Notes: a model not told the origin generated them from the sequence alone. Numbered from the stretch's first letter, positions 1 through 12,706 are shown. The stretch is DNA of 64,000 bases from Octopus vulgaris (GCA_951406725.2 OX597819.1:97650001-97714000), one strand, 5' to 3'. Numbers and translations are program-made.

Positions 1-145
1 TGTGGTTATCGGCCGGAGATGGTGCCTAGCTACATGATAAAATTATTCTAAGAAGACAAGAGATGTTAGCTTCATCTTTACTTAGCAAGACCTCATTAGT
101 TTAAATGAATTGTCTGAGCGAAAGACATTTAAAAGCTATATATTT

Positions 146-237
146 ACGTTCTGAATTGAAATTCCGCAAAGGTCGACTTTGCCTTTCATCCTTTCGGGAT
201 CGATAAATTAAGTACCAGTTGCGTACTGGGGTCGATC
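146..237 (+). mobile_element. SINE family A, internal fragment
   Basis: TACGTTCTGAATTGAAATTCCGC...GGTCGACTTTGCCTTTCATCCTTTCGGGATCGATAAATTAAGTACCAG matches the body of the full copy at 11613-11841. Confidence 0.85.
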
Positions 238-582
238 AGTTGGGGTTATGATCAACGTCTATTTGAACTAAATAAATAAAAATAATGACTCTCGAACACA
301 TCCATATAAATATATGTATTTATTACTCTACTATAAACCTTCCGGGACATCAAGATGTTTATCTATCATTTAGCTTCTTTGGCCAGTGTTAAAAGAGACA
401 ATTTCTTGTAAAGATTTTCTTTAACTAGTAGTCAGTTACAAGGAGTTGAATATATATCGACCTGAACATACAAAAGAAACGAATGGAACGCGTTTATACA
501 ACAGAAACTATTTCTGCCTTACTAAAGTGTTGAAAATAACAACAGAGTGCTCTCTCTCTCTGTCTCTCTCTCACTCCCTCTC

Positions 583-619
<37 letters not shown>

Positions 620-631
620 TACGAGTACATT

Positions 632-684
<53 letters not shown>

Positions 685-1131
685 ACACACACATATATAT
701 TTATATATTTATTTAGAATATTGAGATACCTAGAAGCTTTTATATGGTAATTAGGTGCAAATGAATTTCACAAAGCGAACCTTAATTTTGTCCAATAGAA
801 ATATTTAATTATCGAGAGTTCTCATCGACTAATTAGGAATTAATTGAGGTTAAAAATAACGTCTATGTGAACTAAATAAACGGAAATAACGAATTTCGAA
901 TATACCTATACAGAATACACTTACGTACACACACACTCAGTTACATGTACATACGCCCATAAAGAAACATACCCATGAATACGATATAGCTTTTACTTTC
1001 CTGACTGGCTTTTATATATGACAATCAATCACAAGCAAAACTCATTGCTAGTCATTTTCGAAAAACACTTTTAAACAAAAGAAAGAAAATAATTTAATGT
1101 TTAATTTCTAGTTTATCCATCCATTTATGAG

Positions 1132-1428
1132 GAAACCCCCTTCGGTCATGAATGACCATGGGATTGCACCTAGAAAGTTATCCTCCGAGGCACAAGTCCA
1201 GGTAAGGTTGTTTATAGAAGGCCATGCATACCAGCCTCCCCTCTCCACACCACTGATGTTATCCAAGGGAATGGCAAAGGGGCCGATACAGCTTGGCCCC
1301 AGTGATGTCGCAACTCATTTCTACAGCTGAGTTAACTGGAGCAACGTGAAATAAAGCAGCCCGGTCCGGGAATCGAACACACAACCACACGATCGTAAGC
1401 TCGACGCTTTAACCACTGAGCCATGCAC
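1132..1428 (-). mobile_element. tRNA(Arg)-like CORE-type SINE family C (octopus OR-like)
   Basis: Minus strand: A box TGGCTCAGTGG, loop TTACGAT (ACG), B box GTTCGATTCCC; body colinear with the copy at 33832-34165. Confidence 0.85.
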
Positions 1429-1434
1429 ATTGAC

Positions 1435-1521
<87 letters not shown>

Positions 1522-1576
1522 TATATACATACATATATGTATATACCTACATATACATGTATATATACATGCATAT

Positions 1577-1745
1577 ATGGGTTCAAGACAAAAAAACGTT
1601 GAACACATTGAGAAACGAAAATATAAAAACAAAAACATAGAAAACGAACTTTTTTTCGGACAATGAAGAAACAAACAGAAACGAGATATGCAATATAAAG
1701 AATATTCCTCTTCATCAGTTATCTCTGTTTCATCTACTCGGCGTT
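1577..1745 (-). mobile_element. Penelope-like pLTR fragment next to (TA)n-rich DNA
   Basis: Similar to 61929-62330; minus strand has AACTGATGAAGAGG. Confidence 0.5.
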
Positions 1746-1850
1746 ACATTATGCCGGCTACCGTCTAATGATACTGACTAGTAAGTCAGTTTTTCAAGGT
1801 TCCATCCTGGTCATACCGATATAATGTAGGATAAATATAGTAAAAACAAG

Positions 1851-2281
1851 AATGCTAGGACGGAATTTATAAATATTTAATACATCGCAACGCGCGTTTC
1901 CACAAATCCCATGCATCTGACATCAGAGTCGGTATCCTTGGGATTAGTACATTATATTCCGCATTATCCGCGGGAATCCGGTTGATCATCACCATTGATT
2001 CATTTCATCAGGCGATACAGTATTATTGGATGAATCATAGAGGAGTGCTTATCCTTTTTTGCCTGTATGAAGGCCAATCTAGCAATGTACATACCAAGCA
2101 CATACAGAAATACCCACATAGCTAAATTGGCCTTCATACTGGCAAGAAAGGATAAGCACCCCTCTGTGATAATATGGAATATAAAGTACTAATCCCAAGG
2201 ATACCGACTCTGATGTCAAAAGCATGTGATTTGTGGAAACGCGCGTTGCGATGTATTAAATATTTATAAATTCCATCCTAG

Positions 2282-2285
<4 letters not shown>
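1851..2285. repeat. Long inverted repeat (arms ~1851-2088 and 2116-2285), probable inverted Penelope pLTR pair
   Basis: Arms reverse-complementary over ~170 bp with few mismatches and a 27-nt spacer; left arm has ~68 extra bp. Confidence 0.9.
1884..2016 (-). ncRNA. Type I hammerhead ribozyme candidate with ~104-nt stem II
   Basis: Minus strand ATCGC-CTGATGA-A-ATGAATC...GATTTGT-G-GAAAC-GCGC-GTT-GCGAT: stem I ATCGC/GCGAT, core boxes and palindromic stem III. Confidence 0.65.
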
Positions 2286-2347
<62 letters not shown>

Positions 2348-2451
2348 ATATGTATATGTATATATAATATGTGTATATATATATGTATGTGTGTGTGAAT
2401 GTGAATATATATATGTACATATATGTATATATACATACATATATGTATGTA

Positions 2452-2493
<42 letters not shown>

Positions 2494-2495
2494 CA

Positions 2496-2890
2496 CTAGT
2501 AGTATGGCCCGGCGTTGCTCGGGTTTGTAAGGGAAATAACTATATAAGCATTTTTAGAGAGTTATAGCCCCAAAATAGCAAAAAAATGCATTGAAAATGA
2601 AAAAAAATGATGGTAATTTTTAAAAAAATCGTTGACTCATCGTAGACATTTTAGAGAGTTACTTCCCTTATATAATAGCGAAAAAATGCATTAAAGTGGA
2701 AAAAAATGATGATAAATTTTTTTTTAAATCGTAGACTCATCGTAAACGCGCGCTAATACCCAGAAGGGCTCGATATGAATCACGACTATAAGATACCCGC
2801 TTTTGGATACACTGCACCGCAAAATGTGGGAGTAGTTAGGAATCTAAATCGTAGGAGACAGACACACAACTTCACTTTTATATATAAAGA
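2496..2890 (-). mobile_element. Non-autonomous Helitron
   Basis: Minus strand begins TC (TCTTTATATATAAAAGTG) and ends with hairpin CCCGAGCAACGCCGGG then CTAG; inserted between A and T with no TSD. Confidence 0.85.
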
Positions 2891-2916
2891 TATATATATA
2901 TATATATATATATATC

Positions 2917-2949
<33 letters not shown>

Positions 2950-3671
2950 GTATGTATATATGTATGTATGTATGTATATGCATGCAATTTTATGCCGTAT
3001 CCGCTCCAACGATGATGATATCCAAGAGCAAGTCAAGCGCTGACACAGCTTGGCATCAGTGACGTCACAAGTGTTGTCGCCAGAACAGAAAGACTGGGAA
3101 CAGATGCTACCACGCAATCTGTCCGACATTTTAACAGTTTCGCCAAGCTATCGCCTTGATGGATCTCATACAATATTACGCTTTATAAAACAGATCTATA
3201 TATTACAAATTTTACGCAACAAATCTATATTATTATTTTTATGCAACACCTCTATATAAGTACTATATTACATGATGTTTCATATTAAATATACCACTCT
3301 TTAGATGGTGGAGATTTGCAGCAGCACGTTATCAATATTTGGTTGGGCCTACGCATGGTAAAATGTCAACAGAAATTCATAAGCTTATTACAGGCGATAT
3401 GAGAGTCTTCAATCACTCACAGTGTACATTCTCATAGATTATACTAAAATGTGTTGCAGATGACTTGCTAAATATGTGACTTTCTAGAGCAGGATTTATA
3501 CAAACTAGAATTAGTTAATAAGAGATATTAGGCAGTTGGGATGATGCAATATCAGTGGGATTCCTTGGTTGCTCGTCGGTGGTACTTCTCATATTAGGGA
3601 ATATAGCGATTATCAATTTTCTTGTTAACTGTTATTGTTTTATTGTTTTTTTCCTCCCCATGCATTTTTTT

Positions 3672-3859
3672 TTTACTTGTTTTAGTCATTTCACTGCAGC
3701 CATATTGGTGCACCGCCTTAAAGAGTTTTAGTTGGAAGATTCGACCTCAGTAGTTATGTTTTTAAAGTCCGGTATTTACTCTATCGGTATCTTTTTGCCG
3801 AATCGCAAAGTCACAGGGACCAAAACAAACCAATACCAGTTGTTAAGCGGTGGTATTGG

Positions 3860-3903
<44 letters not shown>

Positions 3904-3978
3904 ACACACACACACACATACACACACACACGACGGGCTTCTTTCAGTTTCCATCTAGCAAATCTTCTCACAAAGCTT
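3672..3978 (-). mobile_element. SINE family B, 5'-truncated, with internal (CA)n
   Basis: Colinear with the 3' portion of 51669-52072. Confidence 0.8.
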
Positions 3979-3979
3979 A

Positions 3980-4233
3980 TTATGAAGATTATTGTTGGGT
4001 CCTTAGGAACAGTATCAGAAGGCATCAAGAGGAATATAAAGGAAATTGGAATTGAGTGCCCAGTAGAACTGTTACAAAAGGTTTGCCTCCTTGGCACGGC
4101 CAGAATAATCAGGAAAGTATTAGATAGCTGAAAAGAACAGATAGCATGGTACCACAGGATGAAGGTAGTATACCTGCTATGCATGCAAGATTCCAGGAGC
4201 TTCAGCAAAACTTGTGATATAGAGAAAAAAAGC
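3980..4233 (+). mobile_element. R4/Dong non-LTR retrotransposon 3' end followed by (AAT)n
   Basis: IIVGSLGTVSEGIKRNIKEIGIECPVELLQKVCLLGTARIIRKVLDS* is the typical C-terminus after the REL endonuclease; short 3' UTR, then (AAT)n. Confidence 0.8.
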
Positions 4234-4286
<53 letters not shown>

Positions 4287-4404
4287 TGATGATGATGATG
4301 ATTATGATGATGATGATGATGATGATAATAATAATAACAACAACAACAACAACAACAACAACAATAATAATAATAATAACAATAACAACAACAACAACAA
4401 CCAC

Positions 4405-4482
<78 letters not shown>

Positions 4483-4554
4483 AATAATAACAATAACAAC
4501 AACAACAACAACAACAATAATAATAACAATAACAACAACAACAACAACAACAAC

Positions 4555-4614
<60 letters not shown>

Positions 4615-4620
4615 TATAAT
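4234..4620. repeat. Compound (AAT)n/(GAT)n/(AAC)n microsatellite with higher-order duplication
   Basis: Block order AAT-GAT-AAT-AAC-AAT-AAC occurs twice. Confidence 0.95.
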
Positions 4621-5102
4621 ATGCCCTGATGTAGTACCAGGCAGTGGCTCTCATGGCTTCTGATCTTAACTGATTGGAAGTGTTATCATGTACATTGTTT
4701 TGTCTTGTTATAAAAGATGGGCTACAGCAAATATTCTGCAAAACAATGTGACAACAGAAATGAACGGACCAGTACCCAACGGAAATGACGACCGTCAAAA
4801 TAATTGGCCGGACGTTGTTCCTCATGTCCCACAAATAAAACCCAAAAGACATAAATGGACACGTGAGGAATACATTTCTATCCTACACGCATACTTCACA
4901 GCAGTGCTCTACCCCAAAAATGAAAACACAACAACACATACATACAAAATATGTGCTGTTTATCTTGATATGAGATCACCATGTTGCGCACATATGGTTG
5001 TGACGCATGTGTCTAGTGTACCCTTATCAGACGGGTAGTCATGATGGGTATACTGGGCTACGTATATTTTAGCCCAGTGTCACTTTGACTGCTCTCTCAC
5101 TC
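4621..5102 (+). mobile_element. (TAA)n-inserted non-autonomous element, chimeric with an R4/Dong ORF N-terminus
   Basis: 4621-4739 and 4951-5102 match the ends of copies at 18002-18529 and 54703-55228; the middle encodes KRHKWTREEYISILHAYFTA, an R4/Dong-like N-terminal motif; (AAT)n on both sides. Confidence 0.75.
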
Positions 5103-5119
5103 AATAATAATAATAATGA

Positions 5120-5403
5120 TAAAGTACTGAAACCTATTTGAAGATGATACCAGGCTTACCACCCCTACAGGAAGTGCAAAAAATCGTGTTAATTGGAACG
5201 ACTCATGTACTGAGAAGAGCATTATTGCTGTGAAAACAACATCCATTCATGAATTTATTTATTTATCAATTTTTAAAATACATATTTTACCTGTGAATTT
5301 GCCTGTGTAATCTGGGAATGCATACAACGAGCTTCTCTGCCCTAGGTGTACGGAAAATACTCGGCGAGAAATGGAAGAAAATTTGAAAAAAGAAGGAAAA
5401 AAA
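5120..5403 (+). mobile_element. R4/Dong 3' end (second family) within (AAT)n
   Basis: STETYLKMIPGLPPLQEVQKIVLIGTTHVLRRALLL*; 3' UTR with CCCTAGG...CTCGG. Confidence 0.8.
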
Positions 5404-5835
5404 ATAATAACAATGATAATGATGATGATTGGTGATGATGATACTATTATTGTTGTTGTTGTAGTTGTTGTTGTTGTTAGGGGAGCGAGCTGGCGGCATA
5501 GTTAGCTCGCCAGATTAAATGCTTAGCGGCAGTGTTGAAAGTAACAATGCAATTCAGTGACAGATTTGGTAAATATTGAAAGAATATAACACGCAAAGAC
5601 ATTTTGTAGCTGACTGGGAAGAGTCATCGAATGTACAGAATTGTTTCATTTCAAGACATCATTTCCATTTCTCTGAAAGAGCATGAGATGAAGGAACTGG
5701 AATTTTCAGAATTCTCATTGAGCTGTAGAAGTACAGAAATCAAAGGTAACTGAAATCCTAAACATATTGATTTTGGTATCTGACTCACTATCTAGAAACT
5801 CGTAATAACTTGCGCCAGCAAATATAATACACATA

Positions 5836-6111
5836 GGCGCAGGCATGGCTGTGTGGTAAGAAGCTAGCTTCCCAAACACATGGTTCCGGGTTCACTCCCA
5901 CTGCATGGCACCTTGGGCAAGCGTCTTCTATTATAGCTTCGGGCCGACCAAAGCCTTGTGAGTGGATTTGGTAGACGGAGACTGAAAGAAACTTGTGTGC
6001 GTATGTGTGTGTGCGTGCGTCTGTGTGTGTGCGTGTGTGTGTGTTTGTGTGTGTGCGCGCGCGCGCGTTTGTGTGTGCATGTGTGTGTGTGTGTGTTTGT
6101 GTATGTGTGTT

Positions 6112-6150
<39 letters not shown>

Positions 6151-6390
6151 TTCTATGTGTGTGTGTCTTTGTGTCTGTTTTTCCCCCTACCCCATCACCG
6201 CTTGACAACTGGTGTTAGTTTGTTTACGTCCCCATGACTTTTAGCGGCTCAGCAAAAGAGACGGATAGAATAAGTACTAGGCTTAAAAAATAGGTCCCGG
6301 GGTATACTTGGTCGACTTAAGTCCTTCAAGGCAGTGCTCCAGCATGTCCACAGTCAAATGACTGAAACAAGTAAAAGAAAAAGAATAAAA
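5836..6390 (+). mobile_element. SINE family B (tRNA head + CORE-like ACCTTGGGCAAG + internal (GT)n)
   Basis: GGCGCAGGCATGGCTGTGTGG...GGTTCACTCCC head; tail GACTGAAACAAGTAAAAGA. Confidence 0.9.
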
Positions 6391-7425
6391 CAATAGTTCA
6401 AGAAGTAAAATACATTCTATGCTGTGAAGAGGAATGTTTTGGACAGAAAACTTTCGTCAGGGAGAAATGAAATTTCAATTCACCGACAAATTGGTTCTGT
6501 CCGCCATGAAATTTATTCTAATGAGTTATTTACTGTTTACTGGTTCAAAAATAAATTAAAGAAAAGACTCAAAACCATTCTCTATGATCCTGATTCATCA
6601 TAGAACTATCTTCTACAGAATTCATTGGCGGAATTTGTCTTCAACTTGCTTCTTCCAAGACGACTTGATATGATTCTCAATAGTCTTTATTAAAGGGGTT
6701 ACATTTCTACTGGGTTGTTTCTGTTTCCATTACATCACTAAAAACAAAATCTTAAGCTGCAGTATAAATAATGTATAGCAGTTGAACACGCAGAAGAGGC
6801 TTGAGTGAGCATATCTTTAGTCAATCTTCTAACCAAAATTGATTCAAAACCCAATCTAAATCTATATATTTGCTTAATTTATCCCTAAGCTAAAATGCTA
6901 CTGTTTTTTGTATGGCAGCTACTTAACAGACTCCACTGTTTGACTTCTCCTGAGGAGGTCTCTAAAACCAAAAGCCTTTGACCTTCGTCGAGGGAAAGCA
7001 GCTTATCTTTCTGTCTCAAGCTAATCACTTGTTTGGTCTATGTGGGTCGGAATGCTATCTGCCCGTCGAGTAGGGAAACTATTTACAAGACTAACGTCTC
7101 GTGCTCCCTTAACTGATTTACTTGTTAGATTTTCGAATGTCATTTGGATAAAGGAGATCTCTTGACTGTTTCCTGTTTGTAAATGTCACATGCTTTTGTT
7201 TTGGCACAGGTACTAATAATGATAGTAACCCCTTAGCAAGTGGTTTTAAGTGGGTGCGTGGGAATGTGCTTGATATTGAAGACAGATTTTCTGATGGTTT
7301 ATTGTGATTGTGTGTGCGCGGGTGCGTGTGTGTGTTCGTCCGTCCTTCTTTAAATGCGTGAGCATGCAAATATTTCCGAGTACAATATAAGTACTCACAC
7401 ACACACGCACGCACGCACGCACACA

Positions 7426-7498
<73 letters not shown>

Positions 7499-7587
7499 GT
7501 ATACAAACATACACACACAGACACGCACGTACACACACACATAGGTATGCTTCTCTGTAATATAATATGTAGGTATGTATGTATATA

Positions 7588-7890
7588 CTGGGTGTCCCCC
7601 AAAAATGTATACTCACTTTAGCAGCTGATAACTCAATTGATGTTTTCTTCTTTCCAGATGAAACCCAGTGGAATTAATGATGGCAGATAGACAAAATTTG
7701 AACTAAGGAAATTCATTCTAAAATGCTACTAAAAGTGTGAAAACGCAGTTGAAGTACAAACACAGTTTAGGAGAGAGTTTCAAACAGATCCACCAATGTG
7801 ACTTACCAACATCCAAATTAGAGATGTTGAGGCTGATGGAACTGTTCAGAATGTTCACGAGAAGCGTTCCGAAAGATCACGAACATCGAC
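7588..7890 (+). mobile_element. Tc1/mariner (maT/DD37D-like) left end with degenerate transposase N-terminus
   Basis: TA then CTGGGTGTCCCCCAAAA TIR; ATG at 7680; KFILKCY*KCENAVEVQTQFRREFQTDPP...EADGTVQNVHEKRSERSRTS HTH-like segment. Confidence 0.65.
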
Positions 7891-8735
7891 AACTGGAGAT
7901 AGTTTGAGCAGCTGGAAATAGTTTGAGCAAAAGAACCGGCTACCGCAAGCAAGAATCAGTATTGAAAAAACAGCATTTGGCCAAATTTGGACATATGACA
8001 GTTTAACATAATAGCAACGATATATATATTTCTATGTATTTGTGCATGTGTATGTGTTGTGTATGAACATGCAAGAACAACAAACTCTAAGCAGTGACGG
8101 AGTAATTAGTTACTTTTAATAAACTTCATATATTGACAGCTCTTTTGAGTACCCCAAGCATATTGACACTCAAAGTTTAGGGAATGATACCCAGGGACAC
8201 GCTTTGTATGAAAATTAAACCGTAAAAACGATGCTAGCATACTGAAATAGGCATACACACACGGGCACGCATTATTCGTTTTAAACTGTAGAACTCGAAA
8301 TAGATAAAGTTATAAATAAGCATTGATTAAAACCCTACTTGAACAGCAAAAGTCGAACGCTGTCCGTGTGGCTCAAATTCACTACCGGACGTTCTACCAA
8401 GTAATTCTTCAAAATCCTCTACCCATTTTGAAGCATTGTTCTGACCGGTGAGACTTGTATATATTTTTTTTAAGTCGCAAGAATTAAAAAACTTCGAGAG
8501 AACGTGAAAAAAAATTTTTTTAATGTAGAATTCGGAGGAAATAAAACTATAGATAATAGCATGCAAATACTGGGTAAAAAAGTCGAAGGATGCCTGCAAA
8601 CCCGAACACACAACTTCTGTAAGTATAATGGACAGTCTTCAGCATTTTGTATCCCCAAAAGATTTTTGACCAAATATTTCCATGCTATTATTTACTGCTT
8701 TATCTACTTCTAGTTTTACGGTTAGAAACGAACGT

Positions 8736-8813
<78 letters not shown>

Positions 8814-9051
8814 GGAGTGAAACAATTTTAAAAGAGAATGAAAACTGTCAAAAGGTAAGTTGCCGCTCTTGTTGTGGTTGTTGTTGTTGTTTAACTTCTG
8901 GTTAACCTTGATCTAGCAGAACTATGATCAAAAGTATCCTAGCCTCGACCATCCTGCTCTTTTTATGTGTGAATCTAAATGGCTCAGAAAGATTCCAAGG
9001 AGGGGTTGTTGTTACTTCTGACATTTGGAGTGATCGTTGGCTCATCTTAAT

Positions 9052-9249
9052 ACTCTTTACAAGTTTCAGTCATTTGATTGTGGCCATGCCGGAGCACCGC
9101 CTTTAGTCGAGCAAATCGACCTCAGGACTTATTCTTTGTAAACCTAGTACTTATTCTATCGGTCTTTTTTGCCGAACCGCTAGGTTACGGGGACGTAAAC
9201 ACATCAGCATCGGTTGTCAAGCGATGTTGGTGGGACAAACACAGACACA

Positions 9250-9315
<66 letters not shown>

Positions 9316-9495
9316 CACACACACACACATGCATATATACGACGGGCTTCTTTCAGTTTCCGTCTACCAAATCCATTCACAAGGCTTTGGTCGGTCCGAG
9401 GCTATAGTAGAACACACTTGCCCAAGGTGCCACGCAGTGGGACTGAACCCGGAACCATGTGGTTGGTAAGCAAGCTACCTACCGCACAGCCACTA
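9052..9495 (-). mobile_element. SINE family B, near full length
   Basis: Reverse complement of 51669-52072 with internal (CA)n. Confidence 0.92.
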
Positions 9496-9862
9496 ATGCA
9501 AATATTTTCAATATTAAAATACATGAACTGGGGTTGCTATCAATTTTTTTGTTAGATCTAAATCGAGAGGGTTTGTTCGAGTGTAAGTAGAAAAATAACC
9601 CCCAAAAACAAAAGAGGCTGGATTTGGTTTCAGAAGTTGGATCTACTGCGAATAATAAAACTAAGGCCAGCTATAAATTTCAATTAAGTGAACAAGGTTT
9701 TCTAATCCTAATCTCCTAAGAATTAATCGGTGCAGGATTCAGTTAATCTAAGAACTGATAGAACTTTCTATTCCAGGTTTCTGCAATTCTTCAATTGGTA
9801 TTGTTTAAATTACAGCCAATATTTTTCTGCTTAAAGATATTGTCGGTCTCCTGTAGACTTAC

Positions 9863-9923
9863 ACTTTCGCCAGGACTTAGAAATGCCCAGGAAGGATATT
9901 TTCTTTATGCAAAAATTTTCCTT
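9863..9923 (-). other. Candidate 61-nt internal exon
   Basis: Minus strand: long pyrimidine tract ...TTTTCCTTTTCCTTTCAG | exon | GTAAGT. Confidence 0.4.
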
Positions 9924-10406
9924 CTGAAAGGAAAAGGAAAAAACTAAAAAGAAATAAAGGAAACAAACAAAACGAAGCAAAACGAAACAAAAAAACTCAA
10001 CTCGGAAGTTCCAGCTTCCGTCCAATGAAAATAACTCTTGTCTTGAGGTTATTGCTGTTTTAGATTTGTATTTGTACTAATTACGTTCTTGATTGATTGA
10101 TTTTTAGAAAAGTCCCACTGAAAACGTATTACAAAAGAAACCAAAATAAAAAGAAGTCAAAAGAAAAAAAAAACACGTTGAGATTGAAAAACGCCAGGTG
10201 TCCGTTGTTTTATGAAGCGAATACGACTAAGGATGTTGAGTTATGACTGAGTATTGTTGTCAGAAACAATTCTGTTCTATCTTGGAGATGGGCTTCTTTC
10301 GAAAACAGATTTGTTAATGACATGAAATCTGTATTCCGTCTGTCTGTCTCTCTCTCTTTCTCTGTCTCTCTCTCTTTCTCTGTCTCTATCTATCTACCTA
10401 TATAGA

Positions 10407-10486
<80 letters not shown>

Positions 10487-10513
10487 GGCTGTCTCTGTCT
10501 CTGTCTCTCTGTT

Positions 10514-10545
<32 letters not shown>

Positions 10546-11199
10546 ATACACACACAATCTACGTACATTAACCTCTTCTCCACGCTCGCAGTATACTACT
10601 GGTGCAGTGTGTAACAAAAGATGCAAATCCAAACGTGGATTGCGAAAGTTAGGCTTAGTTTAAACCTGTTATGCTTAATCTAAATCTTTTAAGTCATCAC
10701 CAGGTCTTAAGAGTCATCGTTGAACAAACAGCTGTATGTATGTATGTATGTATGTATGTATGTATGTATGTATGTATGTATGTATGTATGTATGTATGTA
10801 TGTATGTATGTATGAATGCTTGTATGTATGCATGTGTGTATGTATGCATGCTTGAATGTATGCGTGCACGTGTGTATATATATATGTATATATGCATGTA
10901 TGTAAGAATGTAAGTATATGTGTTTGCATGTATTTATATATCTATGTATATTTATGCATGTATGCATGCATACATACATACATACATACATACATACATA
11001 CATACATACATACATACATACATGCTTTGATGGTAACATTCATGCTGTTGATGTTTTTTGTTCAGATATCTGTAAGCGTCTTAAAGAAATAAGCGACTGA
11101 AGGAAAAAAGTCAATGGGAAATCAGTTCCGTGTCGGGAAGATTGGGAAAAAATACGAGTTTTATAAGATAAGACACAACAGGATTGACCAAAAGACAGA

Positions 11200-11480
11200 A
11201 GGCTGCCATATGATCTTGGTAGGGGGTAATTTTCCGTTGTCTTGTTCAGAGTAATAGAAAACAAAGAGGTGAGGGGATATGGGTGCGCCAGCGGTTGTGT
11301 GTTGGTGATTGAAGGTTTGTTAATACGTAAAATGGCTTTCTTTTGAGAGTAGGTTAAAATGTCAATGCCTAGTTGCAAAAAGTTCCCATATACATTAACA
11401 ATACTCAAATGTGAGTCCTATTTCAGATTTCTACTGAGTTCATCAGGGTGGAAGTATTTTCTGACTTCGAAAAAGGCCAG
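11200..11480 (-). mobile_element. Degenerate Penelope-like GIY-YIG C-terminus
   Basis: DILTYSQKKAILRINKPSITNTQ resembles the PLE terminal motif L..lEal.I...kPslN.q. Confidence 0.35.
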
Positions 11481-11612
11481 CATTTGTATAGTAAGAGCAC
11501 CGGTTAAATATGTAACTAACACCTCAGTATGTGCCTAATTTCAGTTTTGTATAGGAAGGGATCACAGTTTAAAGCGTAGAACCTAAATAGAACGAAATTA
11601 TTGTGTATTTAT

Positions 11613-11948
<336 letters not shown>

Positions 11949-11954
11949 ACAAAG

Positions 11955-12255
11955 TTATGACCAAGTGATTAAGATATTCGCTTCGTGAACATGAAGTCCG
12001 ATCCCGCCGCACGGCATTTTGAGCTAATTTTGTGTTTCATAGCTTGGGGCGATTCAAATCTTGTGAATGAAATTGATTAGACGGTAACTGTGTAGAAGTC
12101 TTTCTGAATCAGGCTCATTCTTCTAAAAAAATTGCATTGAAGAACATATGTCTGTGGAATACTCAACCACTTATACGCTAATTCATTAAGCTGGTAATTG
12201 AGTTGTTCAAATAATTTGAACGCTCACAGATAGAAATCGACGGCTAGAGTCCATC
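11955..12255 (+). mobile_element. Old SINE with family-B-like body and family-D-like tail
   Basis: GTGAATGAAATTGATTAGACGGTAACTG (B-like) followed by TGTCTGTGGAATACTCAACCACTT (as in the tail of 61074-61383). Confidence 0.55.
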
Positions 12256-12675
12256 ACAAGCACACACACACACACACACACGCACACACACACACACACA
12301 CACATGCACATACACGAACATACACGCGCGCACATACATGCATGGATATTTAAAGGATGTTTTTGATAAATATATAATTATGAAAATCGCGAATATTAAC
12401 TGGAATAAAAGTGTAAAGTCATGTTATTAATATACACACGCACAACTATGTGTGTGAGTATGTCGTCTGTATTATGTGTGTGCGTATGTGTTGTATATCA
12501 TTAATACCAGACGTATATGTTTCAAATAACACAAATATGTGCCTAAAATTTAAAATGCGTTTTTTTAAATATGATATTTGAATGAAATCAGCAGAGGATG
12601 TCATTATCGTTTGTCCTGTAGTTTGGTGAATTCCTCAACAATTCATTACAATTGGTAACCAAACAAAACAAGAGT

Positions 12676-12706
<31 letters not shown>

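Noticed and set aside
254-907. ~50-bp direct repeat AACGTCTATNTGAACTAAATAAA at ~254 and ~858 as LTRs or a TSD
   Set aside because: Too short for LTRs, too long and diverged for a TSD, no TG..CA ends; likely an old local duplication
4621-4690. Hammerhead or HDV ribozyme at the 5' end of the (TAA)n element (CCCTGATG...)
   Set aside because: No CUGANGA/GAAA pair with stems and no nested double pseudoknot could be fitted by eye; left as an untested hypothesis
5530-7100. Coding-like unique sequence on both sides of a SINE B
   Set aside because: Stops in all frames and no motif I could recognise; possibly a very old LINE
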